A stretch of 32,000 bases of DNA, taken from an uncultured Oscillospiraceae bacterium (GTDB taxonomy: Bacteria; Bacillota; Clostridia; Oscillospirales; Oscillospiraceae). Positions 25,184 through 32,000 of this stretch are shown piece by piece. The DNA lies in NCBI GenBank assembly GCA_934661135.1, contig CAKUJA010000005.1, positions 1 through 32,000 of the forward strand, written 5' to 3'. The position numbers were made by a program, and so were the translations under genes. The notes beneath the pieces were generated by a model. The model had not been told where the DNA came from and did no database searches. It saw nothing but the letters and a program-made list of their open reading frames with translations. Within the stretch, counting starts at the first letter, position 1; the number at the start of each line of letters is the position of its first letter.

Positions 25184-27661
25184 GTGGCAAGGCGGAAACA
25201 GGATGTCAACCAGATCTATATTTCAGAGCGGCTGCAGGAGTGCCTGCGGCCGATCGCGCAGTGCGCGCTGACGACCGTGGTTGCACCGATGGGATACGGC
25301 AAGACAACGGCAGTGAACTGGTATCTGCGCGGACGTGAGACGGACGAGGGCGCGAGCATTGTGCGGATCAGCGTGTATTCCGACAATCTGGCGATTTTCT
25401 GGCGGAGCGTGCAGACCGCGTTTGCGCACGCGGGGATTGCAATGATGCGGGACTATCCATGCCCGAACGACACGGCGGGCGCGAGCCTGCTGGCGGACGA
25501 CCTCTGCCACGCGCTGTCGCAAGGGACCTGGTATGTGTTCATCGACGACTTCCATCTGCTGACCGATGCGCGGGTGACGCGCTTTTTCTGTTTGCTGGCG
25601 AACCGGCTACCGGCGTGCGTGCATCTGATTGTGGCAAGCCGCGACCGGTTTTTACCGGGCGAGGAGGTGCTGCGGCTCGGAAGGCGCGTCTGCCGGATCG
25701 GTATGGAGCAGCTGCGGCTGAACCACACGGAGCTGTGCGCCTATGCGCGCCGCTGCGGTACGGCGCTGAGTGAGGAACAGGCGTCGGCGCTGCTCCGGTC
25801 GAGCGAGGGATGGTTTTCTGCGATTTACCTGAATTTGCGAACCTACGCGGAGCTGGGGATGCTGCCGAGCCGGGAATCGGACATCTACTCGATGTTTACG
25901 GCGGCAATGATTGACCCGCTTCCGCCGTGGCAGCAGGAATTTCTGGCGGTGATGGGACTGGCCGATGAATTTGATGCGGAGATGGCGGAGTTTATTACGG
26001 AAAGCGGCAATGCCGCAGGGCTGCTGACGGCGCTGACGGAGCGGAACGCCTTTGTGCGCCGGCTCCCGGACAGTGGAACGTACCGCTTCCACCACATGAT
26101 GAAGGCGTGCGCGGAGGATCGGTTTCGGAAGCTGGATGCGGAAAAACAGCGTGCCTATTGGACGCGCTACGGTGCGTGGTATGAACGCCACGGACTGTAT
26201 CTGCACGCAATGGAGGCCGATTGGAACGGCAGTGCTTATGACGCGCTGCTGCGCGTGGTGCAGAAGGACGCGGGCATTTTTCTGGCTTCGCTGCGGCCGG
26301 AGACGGTCTTGCGCTGTATGGAGCAGTGCCCACGGGAGGCGCTGAAGGCGCGGCCGCTGACGATTCTGGTTTTGATGCGGAGTATGTTCAACTGGCGCAG
26401 AATCCCGGAGATGATGGCGCTGAAGGAATTGCTGCTGACGGCAATCGAGGAACAGCCGGAGATGCCGGAGGAGGAACGCGGGAACCTGCTGGGGGAGTGC
26501 GACCTCATTTTGAGTTTTTTGATGTATAACGACATCACACGGATGAGCCGTCTGCACCGGAGCGCGAGCGCGCAGATGACGCGGCCGGCAATCAGCATCC
26601 AGCGCAGCGGCGGGTGGACGTTCGGCTCTCCGTCGGTACTGATGATGTTCCACCGGGCACCGGGCGAGCTGAACAAGGAGCTTGCCGAAATGGACGAGTG
26701 TATGCCGCACTACTACAAGATTACGAACGGACACGGGCAGGGCGCGGAGACCATCATGCGGGCGGACGCGGCATATCAGCGGGGGCAGTTTGCCGACGCG
26801 CAGATCGCTCTGGAGCGCGCGTATGCGCAGATTCAGGGGAACGGACAGGAGAACATGGCGCTCTGCTGCGACTTTTTGGCATGGCGCATGACGCTCTGCA
26901 CGGAAGCGGCGCCGGCATACGGCTTTGAAGAACGGCACGCGGCGCTGCTGGAGCAGCACAACGGTTCATGGCTCAATCTTTTAAGCAGCATCCGCGCCTA
27001 CTATGGCGCGCTTGCGGGCGCGGTGGAGGAGATTCCGGAGGTATTCCGGGAACACCGGCTCGATACGATCAATTTTCTGGAACCTGGCAGGCCAATGATG
27101 GAGATGATCGAAACTCAGGTCTATCTGGCGCAGGGGGCGTATGCCAAGGTGATTGGGCGGAGCGAGGGACTGCTTGCGGCGTGTGAACGGTTCCACTACG
27201 GTCTGGTGGCGCTCCATGTGCAGATTCAGGCTGCGGCGGCCTATGCGCGGCTCGGAAAACGCGCGGAGGCGGATCAATTTCTGACGCTGGCGCTTGCAGG
27301 CGCGGAGCCGGACGGACTGCTGATGCCGTTTGCGGAGAACTACCGGTATTTGAAGGCGCTGCTGAAGCCGAACGGCGCGTTTTGCGCGCAGATCATCGCG
27401 CTTGGAGAACAGATGGAGGCGCGGTGCGCCGCGCTCCGGCAGCGGAACGCGCATCCGGCGGCGCTTGCGGGACTGACCGCGCGGGAACAGGAGATTGCGC
27501 TGCTGGCCGCGGCGCGGCTGAGTAACCGGGAGATTGCGGAAAAGCTCTATTTATCGGAGGGCAGCGTCAAGCAGTATGTCAATCAGGTCTACGCAAAGCT
27601 CGGCATCGACGGCGAAGTGCGCACAAAGCGGCAGCGGCTTGCGGAGAGGATCAATTCTTAG
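25184..27661 (+). CDS. large ATP-binding LuxR-family regulator (MalT-like)
   Basis: 825 aa. N-terminal P-loop APMGYGKTT. C-terminal LuxR HTH LTAREQEIALLAAARLSNREIAEKLYLSEGSVKQYVNQVYAKLGI. GTG start. Confidence 0.9.
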   Translation: MARRKQDVNQIYISERLQECLRPIAQCALTTVVAPMGYGKTTAVNWYLRGRETDEGASIVRISVYSDNLAIFWRSVQTAFAHAGIAMMRDYPCPNDTAGASLLADDLCHALSQGTWYVFIDDFHLLTDARVTRFFCLLANRLPACVHLIVASRDRFLPGEEVLRLGRRVCRIGMEQLRLNHTELCAYARRCGTALSEEQASALLRSSEGWFSAIYLNLRTYAELGMLPSRESDIYSMFTAAMIDPLPPWQQEFLAVMGLADEFDAEMAEFITESGNAAGLLTALTERNAFVRRLPDSGTYRFHHMMKACAEDRFRKLDAEKQRAYWTRYGAWYERHGLYLHAMEADWNGSAYDALLRVVQKDAGIFLASLRPETVLRCMEQCPREALKARPLTILVLMRSMFNWRRIPEMMALKELLLTAIEEQPEMPEEERGNLLGECDLILSFLMYNDITRMSRLHRSASAQMTRPAISIQRSGGWTFGSPSVLMMFHRAPGELNKELAEMDECMPHYYKITNGHGQGAETIMRADAAYQRGQFADAQIALERAYAQIQGNGQENMALCCDFLAWRMTLCTEAAPAYGFEERHAALLEQHNGSWLNLLSSIRAYYGALAGAVEEIPEVFREHRLDTINFLEPGRPMMEMIETQVYLAQGAYAKVIGRSEGLLAACERFHYGLVALHVQIQAAAAYARLGKRAEADQFLTLALAGAEPDGLLMPFAENYRYLKALLKPNGAFCAQIIALGEQMEARCAALRQRNAHPAALAGLTAREQEIALLAAARLSNREIAEKLYLSEGSVKQYVNQVYAKLGIDGEVRTKRQRLAERINS

Positions 27662-27702
27662 AGTGTATCTGAAACCCTAACCAGTGGTTACTACCGGATT
27701 GG

Positions 27703-27743
27703 AAACATCCACCGTACAATGGAGGTACGGTGGATGTTTTTTT
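27703..27743 (+). terminator. intrinsic terminator of the LuxR-family gene
   Basis: 15-bp perfect stem aaacatccaccgtac / gtacggtggatgttt followed by a T-run. Confidence 0.85.
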
Positions 27744-27898
27744 GCTGGACATCTGAGGAACCGCTGAATCAATCGCCTGCGGTGATCGGCGGAGCTTTTC
27801 CGCCAATCCTGCGCGTTTCAAATCTCGGCTTGACGAAAAAACTCTCGTCGCTCACGCTTGTCAATTGAATCATCAGTTAGCTGAAAGGAGGAGGACTG

Positions 27899-28141
27899 TT
27901 GTACCGCAGGTATATTGCGGCGGTTGCGCCGCTGGAGCAGCACATTTTACAGATCGACTTCTTATCCGGCAGCAGACTGCTGCTGGACATGAAGCCGTAT
28001 TTGGACAAATGCCGCTTTCGGACGCTGCGGGAACCGGACGTCTGGAACAGCGCGGTGACCAATGGGATTTTTGTACGCTTTGGAAATGTGGAGCTGAGCC
28101 ACGATGAGCTGCTGGCCATGGCGGAGCAGCAGCATCCGTGA
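27899..28141 (+). CDS. DUF2442-like small protein
   Basis: 80 aa. TTG start just after AAGGAGGAGG. The pattern VAPLEQHILQIDFLSGSRLLLDMKPYL..FRTLREPDVWNSAV resembles DUF2442 (recalled, not searched). Confidence 0.6.
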   Translation: MYRRYIAAVAPLEQHILQIDFLSGSRLLLDMKPYLDKCRFRTLREPDVWNSAVTNGIFVRFGNVELSHDELLAMAEQQHP

Positions 28142-28172
28142 CACAGAACAGGAAAGGGAGGAACAGAGGAAT

Positions 28173-29753
28173 ATGAAAAAGCATTGGAAGAAGCTGGCGG
28201 TATTGCTGACCGTTTTGCTGCTGGGGGCACTGCTGACCGGCTGCGGCGAGCAGGAGGTTTCGGTATCGGTGGTGCTGATTAACCGGAGCGGACAAGGGAT
28301 CACGTCTGTCTGCATCACACCCTCGAACGAGAGCGACTGGGGCGTGAACTATGTCGACGGAATTTTGGAGGACGGAGACAGCATCGTGGCAAATCTCGGC
28401 AGCTACAAGGAATCTGCGGTTCCCGAGACGTGGAACATCCTCGTCTACGGGGAGGACGATGCCATTTTATATGACACGAGCGTCGACGAGATCGATTTTT
28501 TCATTGCAGACGCCGACTATGTGATCTGCTTGCCGCCGGAGAGCGAGGTTCCGATTGAGATCACAAATACCTATGACCCGGAGGAGTATGATGATCTGCT
28601 GCCGGAGGCAACAGGATATACCGAGGAGGAGCTGGGCGGCGATATTTCGGCCTACATCGGCTGCTGGAAATATGACGAGGAGCCGTTTTATCTGGTAATC
28701 AATGAGGACTATGAATGGATTGCGATCAATCTCTACGGAGAGCAGGTCGGCCCGGGCAGCCTGATGCCGGGGGAGAATGAGATTCAGCTCTATCTGGCGG
28801 ACGGCTCCTACTTCATAGCGCTGAATGAGACGGCCTATGGGGAGCTGAGCGATGAGCTCGGCAATACGCTAACGGCGCAGGACTATATTATGCTGCTGCC
28901 GACACCGGAGGACGACCTGAACCAGACGGCAAATTTCCCGGGCGGCTTTCCAAATGTGACGATCGATTACCCGATTCAGATGGAGGCGCACGAGCACCCG
29001 AGCGTCTCGAATGCGCTGAGCTTCAACGCGGTCATGGAGGACGGCACGGACGACTATTATTCCAACATTATGATCGCGTTCCAGCCAATCTCCGGCTATG
29101 ACGACTACATGACGCAGGGCGCGGCAACGGCAAAACCCTATATGAAGCATATGCTCGACGCGTTTCTCAGCAGTATGTACGGCGAGAAGGTGCTCAAGTC
29201 GTTTGGGTCAAACTTCAAGGACAACGGCGACCATTACAGCATGACCGGCTATATGTGGCTCGACGGATCGATTTTCAGCGACGGCCCGAGCCAGCCGGTG
29301 CGCGGCTGCATCGAGGTGCGCTACTACGGGCCGACCGGGTATGCGCTGGTAGCCGTGACAATTGCGGAGGAGGGGCGTATCCGCAACTACTTTGAGATTT
29401 GCAACAAGATGCTCGAAACGCTCTCCTACACTGCGGGATGGAGCACTGCGCCGAAGCCGGTGCCCGCGAAGCCGACGTATTCCGGCGACAGCGGCGACTA
29501 CGGTACGCCGTATTACTGGTATGACGAGGACGGCGACGTCTGGTATTGGAACGGGTATGAGAACGAGTTTATCTCCTACGGCGACAGCGGCTATATCGAC
29601 GATGACACCGGCGAGTATATGGAATCGAATGACGCGGGATGGGATCCTGATGAGGAGGATTACTATGACGACTATGATCCGTGGTCTGACCCCGGCGACG
29701 GTTGGGACGATTATGCCTACGACGATGAGGGTTGGGGAGACTATTTTGACTGA
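28173..29753 (+). CDS. lipoprotein with extremely acidic, aromatic-rich C-terminal tail (hypothetical)
   Basis: MKKHWKKLAVLLTVLLLGALLTGC lipobox. The last ~90 aa are D/E/Y/W/G-rich (YYWYDEDGDVWYWNGYENE..DPWSDPGDGWDDYAYDDEGWGDYFD). Confidence 0.85.
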   Translation: MKKHWKKLAVLLTVLLLGALLTGCGEQEVSVSVVLINRSGQGITSVCITPSNESDWGVNYVDGILEDGDSIVANLGSYKESAVPETWNILVYGEDDAILYDTSVDEIDFFIADADYVICLPPESEVPIEITNTYDPEEYDDLLPEATGYTEEELGGDISAYIGCWKYDEEPFYLVINEDYEWIAINLYGEQVGPGSLMPGENEIQLYLADGSYFIALNETAYGELSDELGNTLTAQDYIMLLPTPEDDLNQTANFPGGFPNVTIDYPIQMEAHEHPSVSNALSFNAVMEDGTDDYYSNIMIAFQPISGYDDYMTQGAATAKPYMKHMLDAFLSSMYGEKVLKSFGSNFKDNGDHYSMTGYMWLDGSIFSDGPSQPVRGCIEVRYYGPTGYALVAVTIAEEGRIRNYFEICNKMLETLSYTAGWSTAPKPVPAKPTYSGDSGDYGTPYYWYDEDGDVWYWNGYENEFISYGDSGYIDDDTGEYMESNDAGWDPDEEDYYDDYDPWSDPGDGWDDYAYDDEGWGDYFD

Positions 29754-29771
29754 CCGGTGCGGAGGTAACGC

Positions 29772-30215
29772 ATGAGACGGCGCTGGATTGCGTTGCTGCT
29801 GGCATTCCTGAGCATTTTGCTCATGGGATGCCAGCGTGCGGCAGAACCGGAGGTTGAGGAGGATGTGGCCGGAGAGGACTGGCGAACCTGGGGATGGGTG
29901 GACGACTGGGGAACGCTGGTTCTGGATGGGGAGCATATTGACTTGCTGCTCTGCGTGTTTTCGGAAAACGCGGTGCTCTTTTACGACGACGCTACCATGA
30001 CGGAGTTTGCCGATTTGGAGTATCCGTATCCGGTGGAGGATGCGCAGGAGCGCTATGATTCACTCAGTCTGCTTGATAAGAACGGGGATGACCGGGAGGA
30101 TGTGCGGATCGTGTTCCGGCATGAGGACGGTATGGATACGGTGTTCGTCTGGTGCTGGGACGGCAGCGGGTTCGTGTTCGCACCGGAGCTGAGCGGCGAG
30201 GAACCTTATGAATAA
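29772..30215 (+). CDS. small lipoprotein (hypothetical)
   Basis: MRRRWIALLLAFLSILLMGC lipobox. GGAGG lies 6 nt upstream. Confidence 0.8.
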   Translation: MRRRWIALLLAFLSILLMGCQRAAEPEVEEDVAGEDWRTWGWVDDWGTLVLDGEHIDLLLCVFSENAVLFYDDATMTEFADLEYPYPVEDAQERYDSLSLLDKNGDDREDVRIVFRHEDGMDTVFVWCWDGSGFVFAPELSGEEPYE

Positions 30216-30284
30216 CGGATTGTAAAGGCTGCCCCGGCAGAAGGATTCTTCCGCCGGGGCAGCGGAGGATTGTTGAAAAAAGGA

Positions 30285-30313
30285 TTGACAGACGGCGAAA
30301 CGTGTGCTATGAT
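30285..30313 (+). promoter_or_regulatory. promoter of tRNA-Thr
   Basis: TTGACA (30285-30290), 17-nt spacer, TATGAT (30308-30313). It lies ~20 nt upstream of the mature 5' end. Confidence 0.6.
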
Positions 30314-30332
30314 ACTTAAGCTAAATCGAGAT

Positions 30333-30408
30333 GCTAGTGTGGCTCAGTCGGTAGAGCAGCTGATTCGTAATCAGCAGGTCGCCGGTTCAAGTCCGGCCAC
30401 TAGCTCCA
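30333..30408 (+). tRNA. tRNA-Thr (anticodon CGU), CCA encoded
   Basis: Manual cloverleaf: GCTAGTG-TG-GCTC-AGTCGGTA-GAGC-A-GCTGA-TTCGTAA-TCAGC-AGGTC-GCCGG-TTCAAGT-CCGGC-CACTAGC-T-CCA. 76 nt. Confidence 0.95.
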
Positions 30409-30410
30409 GA

Positions 30411-30450
30411 AACCGGTGAAAATCGAGAGATTTTCACCGGTTTTCTCTTT
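30411..30450 (+). terminator. intrinsic terminator of tRNA-Thr
   Basis: 14-bp perfect stem aaccggtgaaaatc / gattttcaccggtt followed by TTTTCTCTTTT. Confidence 0.85.
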
Positions 30451-30520
30451 TATTTGTTCGGTTTTTCAGGTGTCAAAACCGCCTGACCCACACCGTGACC
30501 CACACGGCGAAATGTCCAGA

Positions 30521-30570
30521 GAGCGGCGGAGAGGATGTTTGTCTTATCCTCTCCGCTGCTCTTTTTGTTT
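30521..30570 (+). terminator. second plus-strand terminator-like hairpin abutting the integrase stop
   Basis: gagcggcggagaggat / atcctctccgctgctc (16 bp, one G-U pair) followed by TTTTTGTTTTT. The U-tract is on the plus strand only. Confidence 0.5.
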
Positions 30571-31617
30571 TTACATGACCTGCGCCATAAATTTGCCCAT
30601 CTTTTCGGCGGCACTTTCCTGCATCTGGCGCGTGACGTGGGTGTAGGTGCGGAGTGTGAAGCCTGCATCAAAGTGGCCGAGCATACTCGATACGGTTTTC
30701 ACGTCTATGCCGTTCTGCAATGCCAACGTTGCGAATGTGTGTCGTAAGTCATGAAATCTCAGGTGTTCCAGCCCTGCGTCCTTCAGGATTTTCTTGTGGA
30801 TGTTGACCATCGAGGCCGGATGGTACATCTCGCCTGTTTTCGAGCGCGTGATGTCCGGTTCGCCTGCATTGTTTCGCCCTGCCTGTTTGCTGACGGAGAT
30901 GGTTTTGTTCTCAATGTCCAAGTCTGACCATTGGAGCGCGACCAGCTCGCCCTTGCGTAAGCCGCTGATGAGTTCGAGATAGAACATCGGCAGGACGCCG
31001 CGCTGGTCAGCCGCAGTCAAATAAGACTTGATCTGCTCCGGCGGCAGGATCTTCATTTCGTGCTTTGGGATTTTCGGCGGAACGCAGTCGTCCGCTGGAT
31101 TTCTGACAATCAGGCGTTCTTTCACTGCCCGGTCGAGTGCACTGTGCAGCATCGTGTGGATGCCACGAATCGTCGAATCGCTCAGTCCGGGCTGCTTTCC
31201 CTTCTGCGCTTCACGGAGCCGCCCATGCTCCTGTAGGTCTTTGTAGAGCCATTGCAGGTCGCGGCCTGTCAGTTTTTTCAGCGGAATATCCCCAATGCGC
31301 GGTGTGATGTGCAGTTCGATTCCTCGCCGGTAATACTCCGCAGTCGAGAACCGCAGATGCGGTTTTGCGTATAGCTCGTACCACGTTTGCAGCCATGTGC
31401 CGAGCGTGTACTCGTCTGCCCGACGCACATCGACAGTTTCCGCTTCCGCAACTGCCTTCGCCAGTTTCTCTTTTACCTCTGCTTGTGTCTTGCCGAGGAC
31501 GTTCTTGATCAGCCGTTTCCCTGTCTTTTCATCGTATCCGGCAGTGTAGCGCCCTTCCCAGCGCCCGTCCTTTCGTTTTCGGGTGTTGCCTTCCCCATTT
31601 GCCCGTTTCTTTGCCAT
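30571..31617 (-). CDS. tyrosine-type site-specific integrase (Int3), shorter than Int1/Int2 in the catalytic domain
   Basis: MAKKRANGEGNTRKRKDGRWEGRYTAGY arm-type N-terminus. Signatures SGLRKGE, FHDLRHTFATL, LGHFDAGFTLRTYTHV. ATG 31617 follows GGAGG. About 36 aa are missing between SKTGE and the NP-equivalent segment relative to Int1/Int2. Confidence 0.88.
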   Translation of the reverse strand: MAKKRANGEGNTRKRKDGRWEGRYTAGYDEKTGKRLIKNVLGKTQAEVKEKLAKAVAEAETVDVRRADEYTLGTWLQTWYELYAKPHLRFSTAEYYRRGIELHITPRIGDIPLKKLTGRDLQWLYKDLQEHGRLREAQKGKQPGLSDSTIRGIHTMLHSALDRAVKERLIVRNPADDCVPPKIPKHEMKILPPEQIKSYLTAADQRGVLPMFYLELISGLRKGELVALQWSDLDIENKTISVSKQAGRNNAGEPDITRSKTGEMYHPASMVNIHKKILKDAGLEHLRFHDLRHTFATLALQNGIDVKTVSSMLGHFDAGFTLRTYTHVTRQMQESAAEKMGKFMAQVM

Positions 31618-31780
31618 GTCTGTGCCTCCTTCGTTTTGGTAGCACAAACAACTACCACAGAAAGGGCGCAAAGTCTACTGATTTTTTCGGAAGATCGGAA
31701 TATTTTTTCTGCTTTCGCGTGCACCCAAAAGCCCTATTCTTTGTTTACTGCGGCGCAGTTTTTGACTCTGACAAATGATG

Positions 31781-31809
31781 TTGACAAGCGTTAGCATTTA
31801 TGCTATTCT
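31781..31809 (+). promoter_or_regulatory. promoter with embedded palindrome upstream of the BlaI-like gene
   Basis: TTGACA (31781-31786), 17-nt spacer, TATTCT (31804-31809). The palindrome TAGCAT-TT-ATGCTA (31792-31805) lies in the spacer. Confidence 0.5.
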
Positions 31810-31853
31810 CCGAATATAACGTGCGTTAACATTTGCAATAGGGGTGGTATGCA

Positions 31854-32000
31854 ATGGAACATCTCAGGCTTTCGGACGGAGAATGGAAGCTGATGAAAAC
31901 ACTCTGGGCGCGGCAGGGGCAGACGCTGGCAGAGCTGGTCGCAGCGCTGGACGCGGACACCGGGTGGAGCCGGGCGACGATCTTTATGATGCTCAAGCGT
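31854..32000 (+). CDS. BlaI/MecI/CopY-family transcriptional repressor (3'-truncated by window end)
   Basis: MEHLRLSDGEWKLMKTLWARQGQTLAELVAALDADTGWSRATIFMMLKR matches the penicillinase-repressor winged-helix N-terminus. The frame is open to base 32000. Confidence 0.8.
   Translation, partial: MEHLRLSDGEWKLMKTLWARQGQTLAELVAALDADTGWSRATIFMMLKR

Larger units (their letters stand above)
30409..32000 (+). mobile_element. start of an integrative element inserted at the 3' end of tRNA-Thr (continues beyond the window)
   Basis: The integrase gene lies directly downstream of the tRNA 3' end in the classical orientation, followed by a BlaI-like regulator. The far end and the att repeat are outside the window. 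Confidence 0.55.

Noticed and set aside
20277-26959. Minus-strand ORFs of 519, 501, 579 and 435 aa opposite the GNAT-fusion, GH13, SLH and LuxR genes
   Set aside because: They show the same high-GC antisense artefact: Arg/Pro/Ala-rich, no recognisable motifs, and each fully overlapped by a motif-bearing plus-strand gene.
1-32000. CRISPR arrays, rRNA genes, IS transposases, toxin-antitoxin pairs and known defence-system signatures
   Set aside because: No regularly spaced repeats, no rRNA-like sequence, no DDE or serine transposase motifs and no recognisable defence-gene motifs were seen in any frame.

Overview
High-GC Clostridia-type chromosomal segment from a spore former. It carries spoIVA with a SipL-like LysM gene directly upstream. 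All gene and family names come from motifs read by eye in the supplied translations. No database search, tRNA scanner or folding program was run.

Core genes:
- gltX, spoIVA and the SipL-like gene
- a monomeric [FeFe] hydrogenase
- a TfoX-N protein and three GNAT acetyltransferases, one fused to an unknown domain
- a GH13 amylase-family enzyme and an SLH-anchored surface protein
- a large MalT/LuxR-type regulator
- a DUF2442-like gene followed by two lipoproteins
- tRNA-Pro(UGG) and tRNA-Thr(CGU)

Accessory region 1 (about 2.0-12.2 kb, ending beside tRNA-Pro):
- An XRE regulator is translationally coupled to an intact but apparently catalytically dead, domain-deleted PolC-like protein.
- A module follows with a DUF6076-like gene, an excisionase-like HTH, a winged-helix replication-initiator-like gene and an RHH-like gene, plus a hairpin-dense noncoding stretch.
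- Two overlapping tyrosine recombinase genes come next, then a visibly AT-rich cargo (lipoprotein and GNAT).
- Three direct copies of a 31-bp motif delimit these modules.
- A 38-bp perfect duplicate of the tRNA-Pro 5' half lies upstream of the intact tRNA.

Accessory region 2 runs from the 3' end of tRNA-Thr to the window end. It holds a third tyrosine integrase, which lacks about 36 aa relative to the other two, and a BlaI/MecI-like repressor.

No CRISPR array, rRNA gene or IS transposase was seen.
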